The translations under genes were made by a program, and so were the position numbers. Shown one piece after another: positions 1 through 8,991 of a stretch of 54,326 nucleotides of DNA. Source of the DNA: a virus. Its lineage: Duplodnaviria > Caudoviricetes. The stretch spans positions 1 through 54,326 of IMG/VR virus record IMGVR_UViG_3300037423_000907; one strand, 5' to 3'. The notes beneath the pieces are model-generated. The model ran no database searches, had not been told where the DNA came from, and worked only from the letters and a program-made list of their open reading frames with translations. Numbering within the stretch: the stretch's first letter is position 1; every line of letters begins with the position of its first letter.

Positions 1-1
1 G

Positions 2-85
2 GTCTGGTCGCAGGTCTGGTCGCAGGTCGAGTCGCAGGTCGGGTCGCAGGTCAGGTCGCGGGTCTGGTCGCAGGTCGAGTCGGGC
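2..85 (+). repeat. 12-bp coding tandem repeat (GTC-NNG-TCG-CAG), about 7 units
   Basis: Visible directly at the window start. Confidence 0.9.
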
Positions 86-715
86 CTCTACAACTATCGC
101 GGCGGACAACTGTGGGCCGGGTGGGGCGCCTACGTTTCATTTTTTCGCGATGTTTGCGGCTGGCGTGACGCGACTCTCGAACGGTTCGAGATCGACGAGG
201 CGCTCATCAAGTCTTGTGGCTGGACATGGTGGCACGAGAACGTGTTGGCGATCTCGGATCGGCCACGCGAGATCCATCGCGATGAACAGGGGCGACTGCA
301 CAACACTGCTGGCCCAGCCATTTTGTACCCAGACGGATGGGCAATCTATTCAATTCGCGGTGTCCGCATCCCCGACGAATGGATCACGACGCGTAAGCCT
401 ACCGCCGGAGAAGCGCTGGCTTGGCCGAATGTGGAGCAGCGCCGCGCCGCCTGCGAACTGCTGGGCTGGGCATCAGTTCTGTCCGAACTCAATGCTCGCG
501 TGATCGATGAGGACGGCGACCCTGAAATCGGGACGCTTCTCGAATGCGACATCCCGGACTCCGGCAAGGAGCGGTTTCTCAAGGTGCGATGCGGCACGGG
601 ACGCTCATTTGTATTGCCGGTCGATCCGAAGTGCAAGACCGCGTTGGAGGCCTCCGCGTGGACTTATGGGCTTGAGAACGACCTCAAGCGCTATCGAGTG
701 GAAGTGAGAACCTGA
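2..715 (+). CDS. DUF6745-like phage protein, 5'-truncated, with N-terminal VWSQ-type tetrapeptide repeats
   Basis: Frame 2 is open from base 2 ([28 protein letters not shown]...[17 protein letters not shown]...GRLH...[10 protein letters not shown]) into the listed 242..715 ORF; these motifs are typical of this family. Confidence 0.75.
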   Translation, partial: VWSQVWSQVESQVGSQVRSRVWSQVESGLYNYRGGQLWAGWGAYVSFFRDVCGWRDATLERFEIDEALIKSCGWTWWHENVLAISDRPREIHRDEQGRLHNTAGPAILYPDGWAIYSIRGVRIPDEWITTRKPTAGEALAWPNVEQRRAACELLGWASVLSELNARVIDEDGDPEIGTLLECDIPDSGKERFLKVRCGTGRSFVLPVDPKCKTALEASAWTYGLENDLKRYRVEVRT

Positions 716-726
716 AAGGAAACCCC

Positions 727-1086
727 ATGACTCACATCACGTTCAAGAACCAAGCCGCCCAAGGCGATCTGATGATTCGCCGAGTGGATTCGCTGCCTGC
801 AGGGGTCAAGCCGATGAAGGCGGAAAACGGCGCATTCATCGTGGCCCACAGTGAGACGGGCCACCATCACATCATCGCCGAGCGGCCGAATGTGCAGATG
901 TTCACCACCGACGACCCGATGGTGGGCTACCTGCAGGTCATCGAGGCCACGGACGCCACGGAAACGCTGCTGGAGCACCTGCGTTCGTTCGACACCCACA
1001 AGACCATCGCCATCCCCGCTGGCACGTTCGAGATCCGTCGCCAGCGCGAGCACACGCCTGAAGGTTGGCGTCAGGTCCAGGACTAA
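727..1086 (+). CDS. Conserved phage hypothetical protein (QGD...ETGHHH...H...RRQRE), usual neighbour of DUF6745 genes
   Basis: RBS AAGGA; His-rich motif pattern. Confidence 0.75.
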   Translation: MTHITFKNQAAQGDLMIRRVDSLPAGVKPMKAENGAFIVAHSETGHHHIIAERPNVQMFTTDDPMVGYLQVIEATDATETLLEHLRSFDTHKTIAIPAGTFEIRRQREHTPEGWRQVQD

Positions 1087-1102
1087 ACAACGCGAGGCCG
1101 TC

Positions 1103-1333
1103 ATGAGCTACGTCATGGAGAAGGTCTTCGCCGACCACTACCCCGACCGCAAGGCCGATGCGGATGCGGCAGACGCTCTGATCGGCCGCGCGCCGGACCC
1201 TGTGCTGGCTGGGCTCACTTCCCTGCAGCTTCGGCAGCGCCAGACGCTGCTGGACGACATGCGCAACACCCTGGCCCGAGCGCACGGTGTTCGTGTGCGT
1301 GGGCGGTTTGAGACTGCTTGGGGGGATCTGTGA
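1103..1333 (+). CDS. Hypothetical protein
   Basis: ATG at 1103 with GAGG RBS; tight packing with neighbours. Confidence 0.55.
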   Translation: MSYVMEKVFADHYPDRKADADAADALIGRAPDPVLAGLTSLQLRQRQTLLDDMRNTLARAHGVRVRGRFETAWGDL

Positions 1334-1437
1334 TGAGCCCGCTCTTCGCTGAATCTCGTGCTGCTTCGATTGCCATCGGGACTGCTCTGGTGGCTGGGGT
1401 TGCGACGGTGATTCTTTGCCTGACCGGCGTTTGTTGA
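1333..1437 (+). CDS. Small hydrophobic peptide, 34 aa (MSPLFAESRAASIAIGTALVAGVATVILCLTGVC)
   Basis: TGATG coupling to the upstream stop; one TM-like segment. Confidence 0.45.
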   Translation: MSPLFAESRAASIAIGTALVAGVATVILCLTGVC

Positions 1438-1480
1438 TCCGATCACGCCGCTTCGGCTACTTGCATGCAGCCACAGGCTG
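1437..1480 (+). promoter_or_regulatory. Two-hairpin repeated intergenic element, copy 1
   Basis: Aligns without gaps to 4774-4817; the second hairpin covaries. Confidence 0.6.
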
Positions 1481-1505
1481 ATTCTTCATACACGAGAGGT
1501 TCGTA

Positions 1506-1712
1506 ATGAACACAACGGTCTTTGTCCTTATCCTGTTCGCGCACGTCGGCCCCTTGGGAGACGGGAATAGCAACGCCTTAACGACTGCCGAATTCATCGG
1601 TGAGCAAGCTTGCCTTGCGGCGGGCAACAAGGCCAAGTCCATGGCAGCAGGCACGGTCAAGCGCATCGAGTTCGTATGCGTGCCAAAGCAAGTGAACTGG
1701 GTCAAGCAGTGA
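1506..1712 (+). CDS. Small exported or membrane protein with a Cys pair
   Basis: GAGAGG RBS; hydrophobic N-terminus. Confidence 0.65.
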   Translation: MNTTVFVLILFAHVGPLGDGNSNALTTAEFIGEQACLAAGNKAKSMAAGTVKRIEFVCVPKQVNWVKQ

Positions 1713-1722
1713 GGCGCTCTGA

Positions 1723-1950
1723 ATGCCAGCCGTAATCATCCCCCTTCGCCGCTCCCTGTGGTCGAAGCTGCGCGCCAGGCTGAACTGCGCCTACACGCGC
1801 TGGCTGATTGTCCATGCAGAGCAAGACCTCGCCCGGCAACAAGCCGAGTTCGAGCACGCCAGCAAGCACCTGCCGGCGCAGATCAAGGTGACGCAAGCGC
1901 ACATCCATGCGCTGACTGTGCAACTCACAAGGGAACTAAGGAACGTATGA
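1723..1950 (+). CDS. Hypothetical protein
   Basis: GAGG RBS; coiled-coil-like sequence. Confidence 0.6.
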   Translation: MPAVIIPLRRSLWSKLRARLNCAYTRWLIVHAEQDLARQQAEFEHASKHLPAQIKVTQAHIHALTVQLTRELRNV

Positions 1951-2007
1951 GCGGCGCCAAGCGGACCTTCTACGACCTTTATCGACGTACTGAACTGGAG
2001 TGTGAAG

Positions 2008-2667
2008 ATGAGTATCGCAACACTGATCCTCGGCGAGTCTGGAACAGGCAAGAGCACAAGCTTGCGCAACCTGGACCCGTCCAAAACGCTGCTGATCCAA
2101 GCGATCCGCAAGCCGCTGCCGTTCCGAGCCAAGGGCTGGAAGGTCCGGGAAGCGTTGAAGTCTGAGGGCAACGTCTTTCAGACCGACAACGCCACCTTGA
2201 TCGAGAAAGTGCTTCGCCAGTCTCCGCACGAAGTTGTCGTGATCGATGACTTCCAGTACGTGATGGCAAACGAGTACATGCGTCGCACTGACGAGAAGGG
2301 CTACGACAAGTTCACCGACATCGGCAAGAACGCCTGGAACATCTTGTCGGCCGCCTCTGACCTCGCACCCCATCGCCGTGTCTACGTGCTGTCGCACACG
2401 GAAACCGACCAGTTCGGCAAAACCAAGATCAAGACGGTCGGGAAGATGCTGGACGAAAAGATCACCCTTGAAGGGCTGTTCACCATCGTCCTGCGCACCC
2501 AGGTACGCGATGGCAGTTTCTTGTTCGCGACCCAAAACAACGGGAGCGACACAACGAAGAGCCCGCTGGGAATGTTCCAAGACCAATTCATCGATAACGA
2601 CCTCGCCGCAGTTGACGCGGCCATCAGCGATTACTACGAAATCGCAGCCCACAAGCAAGCAGCCTAA
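2008..2667 (+). CDS. Sak4-like AAA ATPase (phage recombinase)
   Basis: Walker A GESGTGKST and Walker B VVVIDD; upstream of an SSB-like gene. Confidence 0.85.
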   Translation: MSIATLILGESGTGKSTSLRNLDPSKTLLIQAIRKPLPFRAKGWKVREALKSEGNVFQTDNATLIEKVLRQSPHEVVVIDDFQYVMANEYMRRTDEKGYDKFTDIGKNAWNILSAASDLAPHRRVYVLSHTETDQFGKTKIKTVGKMLDEKITLEGLFTIVLRTQVRDGSFLFATQNNGSDTTKSPLGMFQDQFIDNDLAAVDAAISDYYEIAAHKQAA

Positions 2668-2676
2668 GGAGCTATC

Positions 2677-3336
2677 GTGACTTTCAAACTCGACGCCAAT
2701 TCCGCCAAGTCGGCCGACAACTTTTTCAGCAGCATCCGCGAGAGCGGGAAGTACATCGGCATCATCACCCGAGCCGAAGCGCTGAATTCCCAACACGGCA
2801 CCACCGGACTTGGGCTGTCGTTCAAGGCGAACGATGGCTCGACGGCGGACTACCTGGACATCTACACCACGAAGGCCAACGGCGATGTCCTGATGGGCAT
2901 GAAGACCGTCAATGCACTTCTGGCGTGCCTGAAGCTGCGCGAGATCCGCGATTCACGGATCAAGTACGAGAAGTGGAACAAGGACACCAAGAAGCGCGAG
3001 ATGGTCGAGATGCCCGGATACCCCGACCTGATGGGCAAGCCGATCGGCCTGCTACTCCAGAAGGAACTCGGCACAAACGACCAGACCGGCGCCGACACCG
3101 AAAAGATGGTGATCTTCGGGGTCTTCAACGCTGACACCGAGCTGACCGCCTCGGAAATCCTCGAAGGCAAGACCAAGCCGGAGCGGCTCTCGAAAATGCT
3201 CGAAGCCCTCATTGCGCGGCCCATCCGCGACAACCGAACCAGGGGCCGATCAACCGCGCCAGCGCCTCACGCCGCCAGCCAGCACACATCGACTGGCACC
3301 GGCTTTGACGACATGGATGACGACATCCCGTTCTGA
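2677..3336 (+). CDS. Phage single-stranded DNA-binding protein
   Basis: C-terminal DDMDDDIPF tail; follows the Sak4-like gene. Confidence 0.75.
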   Translation: MTFKLDANSAKSADNFFSSIRESGKYIGIITRAEALNSQHGTTGLGLSFKANDGSTADYLDIYTTKANGDVLMGMKTVNALLACLKLREIRDSRIKYEKWNKDTKKREMVEMPGYPDLMGKPIGLLLQKELGTNDQTGADTEKMVIFGVFNADTELTASEILEGKTKPERLSKMLEALIARPIRDNRTRGRSTAPAPHAASQHTSTGTGFDDMDDDIPF

Positions 3337-3345
3337 GGAAACTGC

Positions 3346-3843
3346 ATGGACATCACCCTTCACAAAGCCACCGAGGACGTGCGCGCACTCCTCGACCAGA
3401 TCGACCCAGAGTCCGGCGAGCTGCCGGAGGGGTTCGAGCGGGCGCGCGCCATCGTGGCCACCAAGGCGGTAGCGGTCGTGGCCTACATGCTCGAATCCGA
3501 GCGCCAGGCCGACATGGTCGAGTCCTATGCCAAGGAACTGATGGACCGTGTCAAGACCGCTCGCAAGCGCTCTGACTGGCTCAAGGACTACCTGAAGTCG
3601 CACATGACGGCGGCGGGCATCCTGGAGATCAAGGACGAACGCGGCCTGTTCAAGGCCAAGCTGGAGGTGGGCCGCGATGAAGCCATCGAGGTCTTCGATG
3701 AAGGGCAGTTGCCTCAGGATTACCTCGCTGAGGTGCCGGCCACCTACAAACCGGACAAGGTGCTGATCAAGAAAGCGATCAAAGACGGCTTTGAGGTACC
3801 GGGCGCCAAGCTGGTGAAGCGCGACCGTCTCACGGTGAAGTGA
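3346..3843 (+). CDS. Siphovirus Gp157 family protein
   Basis: Coiled coil plus C-terminal PDKxxIKxAIKxGxEVPGAxL motif. Confidence 0.85.
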   Translation: MDITLHKATEDVRALLDQIDPESGELPEGFERARAIVATKAVAVVAYMLESERQADMVESYAKELMDRVKTARKRSDWLKDYLKSHMTAAGILEIKDERGLFKAKLEVGRDEAIEVFDEGQLPQDYLAEVPATYKPDKVLIKKAIKDGFEVPGAKLVKRDRLTVK

Positions 3844-4268
3844 TGTTCAAGCTCAAGCCCTACCCCCGCCAGCCCAAGCAGCCCTTGAAGCGTATCGAGG
3901 GATGCAGAGGGGTGTATGCGCCAGCCAGCAATGAGGCGGTGGTGGTGGCGAAAGAGGTGATTCACCGCAGCGAGGCGTACCTGCGCTATGTCGCCGAGCA
4001 GGAGTGCTTCATCTGTGGTGTCGAGGGCTGGAGTCAGGCGGCACATGAGAACTACGGGAAGGCCAAGCAGCGGAAGGTTTGCGACAGCCGCGTATTTCCA
4101 GCCTGCTGCCCGCGATACGGCCTCATGGGCTGCCATCAGCAATTCGACATCGGGCTTGAGTACACCCGCGATGAGCGGCGCGAACTGGGCGTCAGGCTGT
4201 CGGCAAAGATGCGCGAGCGGGCGGTTGCGGATGGCTGGCGGTTCACATCCAAAGGGATCACGCGATGA
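3843..4268 (+). CDS. DUF968/DUF1364-like zinc-binding nuclease-fold protein
   Basis: RSxxYLxxV...CxxCG...AAH...C...CH motif; next to ninB. Confidence 0.65.
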   Translation: MFKLKPYPRQPKQPLKRIEGCRGVYAPASNEAVVVAKEVIHRSEAYLRYVAEQECFICGVEGWSQAAHENYGKAKQRKVCDSRVFPACCPRYGLMGCHQQFDIGLEYTRDERRELGVRLSAKMRERAVADGWRFTSKGITR

Positions 4269-4678
4269 CCGACAAGCGCATCTTCGTGATGGCGAACGAC
4301 ATCGCCCGCACCCGCGCCGTCCGCGCTGTGCAGGAGGCGCCCAACGGGTATGTCGTGGAGGTCAAGGAGCCGACCAGATCGCTGGAACAGAACTCGGCTC
4401 AATGGCCGATCCTCGCCGCCTTCGCCGAACAGCTCATGTGGCCCGTCAACGGTCAGATGGTCTACATGACCGATGCCGAGTGGAAGGACGTGCTGACTGC
4501 CGCATTTCGTCGAGAACAGGTTCGCGTCGCCATGGGCCTGGACGGCGGGATGGTGATGCTGGGCCAGCGCACAAGCAAGTTCGGAAAGCGTGAGTTCTCG
4601 GACTGGCTTGAATTCCTTCACGCGACTGCCGCTCAGCGCGGGGTCGTTCTTGAACAACACGAGCCGGCAACGGCTTGA
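4265..4678 (+). CDS. ninB: NinB (Orf) recombination protein
   Basis: RSLEQN...W...WK...GLDGG..VxLGxxTS...EFSxxLE motifs. Confidence 0.88.
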   Translation: MTDKRIFVMANDIARTRAVRAVQEAPNGYVVEVKEPTRSLEQNSAQWPILAAFAEQLMWPVNGQMVYMTDAEWKDVLTAAFRREQVRVAMGLDGGMVMLGQRTSKFGKREFSDWLEFLHATAAQRGVVLEQHEPATA

Positions 4679-4743
4679 CCGATTTACAGGGTATGCGATG
4701 CACCGTCTCCTTCCCCCCCTCTCCTCCCTCCTGTTGGTGCTCG

Positions 4744-4772
4744 CTGGGTGAATTGCCCGGCCCTTTTCTTTT
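4744..4772 (+). terminator. Probable intrinsic terminator after ninB
   Basis: GCTGGGT-GAATT-GCCCGGC stem followed by CCTTTTCTTTT. Confidence 0.5.
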
Positions 4773-4773
4773 C

Positions 4774-4817
4774 ATCCGACCACGCCGCTCCGGCAGCTTG
4801 CATGCGGGCATAGCCCG
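4774..4817 (+). promoter_or_regulatory. Two-hairpin repeated intergenic element, copy 2
   Basis: 28 of the first 32 nt match 1437-1468; an inverted copy lies at 5240-5294. Confidence 0.6.
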
Positions 4818-4841
4818 AGCTACCAACCACCTAAGGACAGC

Positions 4842-5234
4842 ATGAAGACAGCATTTCTCGCCGCGCTCGCGGCACTCATCCTGGCTGGTTGCGGCAGCGA
4901 TGCAGACATCGCGTCGGCCAATCTCTCGAAGGCCGCCGACCAGTTCGAGGTGCCGCGCCGCATCGTCTTCTACAACGGCATCACGGGCGCCTACATCCTG
5001 ACGATCGAAGGCCTGTGCTCGCTTGGCAACAACGACCACGACAAGCGCCTGAGCGTGACATGCAAGGTCGGTCCCGCCGCCTACAAGAAGCACTTCCTCG
5101 GCCTGTCCGACAACGTGACCTTCTTCGCCGAGCAACTGGAGCCGGTGGCGGCCAGCCCGTACCGCTACCGCGTCATCTTCAAGCCGGACGTGATCGTGCC
5201 GGACATCAACCTCAGCACTGGTCTCGGCAAGTGA
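4842..5234 (+). CDS. Conserved phage lipoprotein
   Basis: Lipobox LAGC; RRIVFYNGIT...YKKHFLGLSDNVT motifs. Confidence 0.85.
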   Translation: MKTAFLAALAALILAGCGSDADIASANLSKAADQFEVPRRIVFYNGITGAYILTIEGLCSLGNNDHDKRLSVTCKVGPAAYKKHFLGLSDNVTFFAEQLEPVAASPYRYRVIFKPDVIVPDINLSTGLGK

Positions 5235-5299
5235 AGAACCGGGCTGTGCCCGCGAGCAAGCAGCCACATGTCTAGGCCGGATGGAAAAAGGAAATCTCG

Positions 5300-5611
5300 A
5301 TGACCCACACCGTTGAATCACAGCCCGAGCTGCCGGCCGAGCGGAGCGCGGAGTTCCTCGCCTGGTGGCACGAGCACGGCCGCAAGATTTGCATCACGCC
5401 AGAGTGCGCCGAGTACGTCTTCGAGGCTGGCCGATCCTCTGCCGAAGCCATTCAACCGAAGGTGGGACCGTCCAGAAAGGACATCCAAACTGCGGTTCTC
5501 CGTGGTCTGTCCGCATGGGGCGAATCAATCGGTGGCCACACACTTGATTTTGTCGTTGATGAGGTGATGAGGCTTTATGCCGCCCCTCCGCAACCGAAGG
5601 AACCGTCATGA
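5300..5611 (+). CDS. Hypothetical protein
   Basis: AAGGA RBS; coupled to the next ORF. Confidence 0.6.
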   Translation: MTHTVESQPELPAERSAEFLAWWHEHGRKICITPECAEYVFEAGRSSAEAIQPKVGPSRKDIQTAVLRGLSAWGESIGGHTLDFVVDEVMRLYAAPPQPKEPS

Positions 5612-5949
5612 GCACAGACCGCGAACTGTTGGAGGCTGCGGCGAACGCAGCTGGGATCGAATTCGTCGGCTGGGACGAAGACCCGTTCGACCCTGAGTTC
5701 AGCCACAACGGCACGCCATGCCTGAAGTTGGCGAGTGGGTGGTGGTGGAACTCGCTGGCTGACGACGGTGACGCCTTCCGCTTGGCTGTAAAGCTCGAAC
5801 TCAATGTGATGGTCGGAGTCGTGAAAACACCGGACGGCTTCACGGCCATCGAATACAGCAAAGATGGCTCGCGCGACGACTATGCCTGCACCCGGCGCGC
5901 CATCGTCCGCGCTGCCGCGTCAATGAACAAGGAGACCAATCATGACTGA
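5608..5949 (+). CDS. Conserved phage hypothetical protein (WNxLxDDGDAxRLA family), paralog of 11799..12215
   Basis: Shares DRELLE, DDGDAxRLA and TRRAIxRAAA motifs with the paralog. Confidence 0.75.
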   Translation: MSTDRELLEAAANAAGIEFVGWDEDPFDPEFSHNGTPCLKLASGWWWNSLADDGDAFRLAVKLELNVMVGVVKTPDGFTAIEYSKDGSRDDYACTRRAIVRAAASMNKETNHD

Positions 5950-6748
5950 CCGCGATGCACTGCTGAAGGCCTTGGTCGATCTGTCCAAGGCAACAGCGTT
6001 CAGTTCGAAAGCGGCCAGAGACAACTTCGAGAAGAACATCGCAGCGCTGCACGCCGCCATTGACGCTCACCTGAGCCAGCCCGCCGAGCCGATGGAAACT
6101 CGCAAGCCTGGTGACGGCTGGGAAGACAACGCTCAGTATCTGCTGAACCGCTGCCCGCACACCATTCGCTCGCGTGAAGGTGGCGGTGCCGAGAGCCTGC
6201 TGGATTCGCTCATCCTCACGTTCACGAAGATGGAGCGGATGCTTGCCGCGAGCCAGCCAGAGGCCGTGCAGGCTGGAGCGGAGCCGGTGGGCGATTGGCG
6301 AGACGTTATTCAAGGCGCCATTGACGAGTTGCCATATGCGCACTACCTGATCCCTCGCTTGGTGGCGCTGTTGTCTTCCGGCCCAAAGGCAGTAGCGCCG
6401 CAAATTCGCCCTTTCACTCCGGCTCAGCGCCGCCGCCTGTGGGAGAACAGTCCAGAGCACCATGCTGACGCCAGAAGCTTCGCCGGATTTGAGCGCATCG
6501 TGGCCCTCACGGAGCGGGCGCACGAGATCCAGATAGCAGCAGGGGAGCGCAGCACCCCGGCAGAGCCGAGCGCGGACGAACTTTCAAAGCTGGCGTTTGA
6601 GGGGTTCGATTCTTATTGGACCGAAGACTGCGCCGGCAGCGACGCCGAAGCGTGGGCCGCAAGCGCACGGGCGGTCATCAAGCACCGCGACGCGCAGTGG
6701 CTCGCCACCCCACCATCAGCACAACCGAAGGGAGGGGAGCCGGCATGA
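5942..6748 (+). CDS. Mosaic hypothetical protein
   Basis: GGAG RBS; overlapping start and stop with neighbours. Confidence 0.65.
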   Translation: MTDRDALLKALVDLSKATAFSSKAARDNFEKNIAALHAAIDAHLSQPAEPMETRKPGDGWEDNAQYLLNRCPHTIRSREGGGAESLLDSLILTFTKMERMLAASQPEAVQAGAEPVGDWRDVIQGAIDELPYAHYLIPRLVALLSSGPKAVAPQIRPFTPAQRRRLWENSPEHHADARSFAGFERIVALTERAHEIQIAAGERSTPAEPSADELSKLAFEGFDSYWTEDCAGSDAEAWAASARAVIKHRDAQWLATPPSAQPKGGEPA

Positions 6749-6933
6749 GCACCGCAAAGCAGATGTGGAAGGTTGAGCCCTGGGGGAAGTCATGGATGGT
6801 GATGCGGCCCGGCCCGGTCGGGCTTGTGCACTATGTGCGCAGCCCATGTGGTTGCGTCAAGTTTTTCCGCTCTCATCAGGCTGCACAGGCTGCCGCCGAT
6901 CAAAAGAACGCCATGCAGGAACCCAAGCAATGA
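6745..6933 (+). CDS. Hypothetical protein
   Basis: ATGA coupling; GGAG RBS. Confidence 0.55.
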   Translation: MSTAKQMWKVEPWGKSWMVMRPGPVGLVHYVRSPCGCVKFFRSHQAAQAAADQKNAMQEPKQ

Positions 6934-7211
6934 GCATCACCGTCAAAGAAGCCCACGAGATGGCCGCACGCGCCGCCTCCAAGGGTATCCGCATGACCTT
7001 CATCACGGCCAAGCCGCGCAAGCAACCCAGGGCCGGCGACCGTCGCGTGACGAAGAAGCACGGCGAGCAGGTGCGCGTCTTCCGCATCGTCAGGAACTTT
7101 CGCGGTGAACCGATCGGCTACGACTGCACCGGAGGCCGGCAGCGATACGAATGGGTATCGCTCGATGACCCGCGCGCCGCCCTTTACGTTAAGAAGGGCC
7201 AGAAGCAATGA
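6930..7211 (+). CDS. Hypothetical basic protein
   Basis: ATGA coupling on both sides. Confidence 0.55.
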   Translation: MSITVKEAHEMAARAASKGIRMTFITAKPRKQPRAGDRRVTKKHGEQVRVFRIVRNFRGEPIGYDCTGGRQRYEWVSLDDPRAALYVKKGQKQ

Positions 7212-8527
7212 GCACCGAACGCGAGCAATTCGAGGCGTACTGCGCTGAAAACCTTCCGGCATATTTCAACGGGGCGCCCAACGTCGTAAGGGATGCTCTT
7301 TGGTGTCTGTGGCAACACCTCCGCGCCCAGGCTCCAGCATCACAGCACGCACCGGAACCTCGCCCGACTGTCCGTCATCGCTGGTCGATCCCCGTCAAGC
7401 TGCCAGATGACCGCATCTGCTACATGCGGAAGGACGACCTCAAGCCTGACGACATGGTTGTGTTCTTCGATTCGGAGACGTACAAGCCGAATGGCGCCGC
7501 ACCGGCAGATGCGGCGCGAGAGGCGCTGGTGGAGGAGTGCAAGCGGCTGGCGAGCAACTTTGCTACGCACCATGATGGTTGGGAGGCGCTGTGCGTCGTC
7601 ATTAACCGCCTCGCCGCCCTTCCTGCGCCTGCTGTGCCGGCCAGCTCAGCCGTGAATCGCCTCCGAGAAATCGCCCATGGTGTCGAGTTGTACGGAGCGC
7701 CAGACAAGAGCCTGCTTGCGCGCCGACTCGAAGCTGTTGCGGATGAATTGGTCTCATCGCCAGAAGCGGCAGCAGGGGTGTCGAGTGAGTGGAGGCCTGG
7801 CGAGTGGTATCAGGCGCAGAGCGTCGATGACATGCAGCAGTTCTACAAGTCACGCTTGCCGGCCGTCCGTGAGGCCGCACGCGAGCATGGCTATGCCATC
7901 GCAGTGCACGGCTCGGAGCGACGCGACTTCGATCTGATCGCTACGCCGTGGCGCGAAGGCGCATCCGACGCCAACACGCTGGCACATGCGGTCGCGATGG
8001 CTGCATGCGGAATCACCAGGCAAGGAGACTACCAGTTCGAGCAAAAGCCGCTTGGTCGCTTGGCCGTGAGCATTCCGGTTTGCTGGACCAGCCGGCCCGA
8101 TGTCGTGAGCGACGGGCACATCGACCTTTCAGTGGTGCCTGCCGTCGCAGCCCAGCCGCAGGTGCCACAACTCCAGCAAGCCATCGACCGCCTGAACGCG
8201 CAGATCAGATGGCTGCGCCACGGCAAGCTGCTAGACGACGTGCCCATGATGGCCGTGACCGACATGGAGGTGCTGCGCGATGCGCTTTCGGCACCGCAGG
8301 CGGATGCGTGCAAGGAACCTCTGAACTCGGACACGCTTTGGCAACTCGCGCAGGACGACTGCAGAGCTTACCTTTGCGATGTCCGTGGTTCGGCTGATCA
8401 GGCCGGCATGCACTTCCCTGATCGCGCCTCGCTGCTCCGTTTCGCCGCTCTGGTGATCGACAGAACCGATGCCGAGCGCGCGACCCGCCGCTCCCAGCAG
8501 GCTGATGCAGCAGGAGGTCAGGGGTGA
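7208..8527 (+). CDS. Mosaic accessory protein with an internal nucleotidyltransferase-like module
   Basis: Long ORF; AVHGSERRDFDLIA...HIDLS motif. Confidence 0.65.
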   Translation: MSTEREQFEAYCAENLPAYFNGAPNVVRDALWCLWQHLRAQAPASQHAPEPRPTVRHRWSIPVKLPDDRICYMRKDDLKPDDMVVFFDSETYKPNGAAPADAAREALVEECKRLASNFATHHDGWEALCVVINRLAALPAPAVPASSAVNRLREIAHGVELYGAPDKSLLARRLEAVADELVSSPEAAAGVSSEWRPGEWYQAQSVDDMQQFYKSRLPAVREAAREHGYAIAVHGSERRDFDLIATPWREGASDANTLAHAVAMAACGITRQGDYQFEQKPLGRLAVSIPVCWTSRPDVVSDGHIDLSVVPAVAAQPQVPQLQQAIDRLNAQIRWLRHGKLLDDVPMMAVTDMEVLRDALSAPQADACKEPLNSDTLWQLAQDDCRAYLCDVRGSADQAGMHFPDRASLLRFAALVIDRTDAERATRRSQQADAAGGQG

Positions 8528-8991
8528 GCCTTCCATACGAAAACGCAACCTCTGGCGGCGCCGCTCTGGAAGAAATCCGAAAGGTGCTGACGAAGTTCGG
8601 CTGCCAGCGCTTCGGCACGATGACAGACGTGGAGAACGGCGAGTTGATCGTGCAGTTCAGCTTCCGAGGGCGTGATGTTACGGCCCGTGCCTCCTATCGT
8701 GGCTACGCTGCTGCCTGGCTGAAGGAGCACCCTTACACACAGCGCACGCGCGGCTCGAAGGTTGACCACGAGCGCAAGGCGCTGAAGCAGGCAGAGACCA
8801 GCGTGTGCTCCGTGCTGCGCGACTGGATTAAGGGGCAGATCGTCGCCATCGAGACCGGCATTTTGACGTTCGAGGGCGCGTTCCTCGGCCAGATCCTGCT
8901 GCCCAGCGGCCGCACGGTGCTGGAGCAAGTCGCCCAGGCCAACATGCTGCCGCAGCTTCAGGCGCCCACCACCAGCAAGGAGGGCGAGTGA
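8524..8991 (+). CDS. Conserved phage hypothetical protein
   Basis: GGAGG RBS; GTGA coupling. Confidence 0.7.
   Translation: MSLPYENATSGGAALEEIRKVLTKFGCQRFGTMTDVENGELIVQFSFRGRDVTARASYRGYAAAWLKEHPYTQRTRGSKVDHERKALKQAETSVCSVLRDWIKGQIVAIETGILTFEGAFLGQILLPSGRTVLEQVAQANMLPQLQAPTTSKEGE

Noticed and set aside
2-85. CRISPR array
   Set aside because: Contiguous 12-bp coding units with no spacers
1947-2165. ATGA-coupled ORF overlapping the Sak4-like gene
   Set aside because: Most of it overlaps the ATPase out of frame; it may be a coupling peptide but cannot be supported
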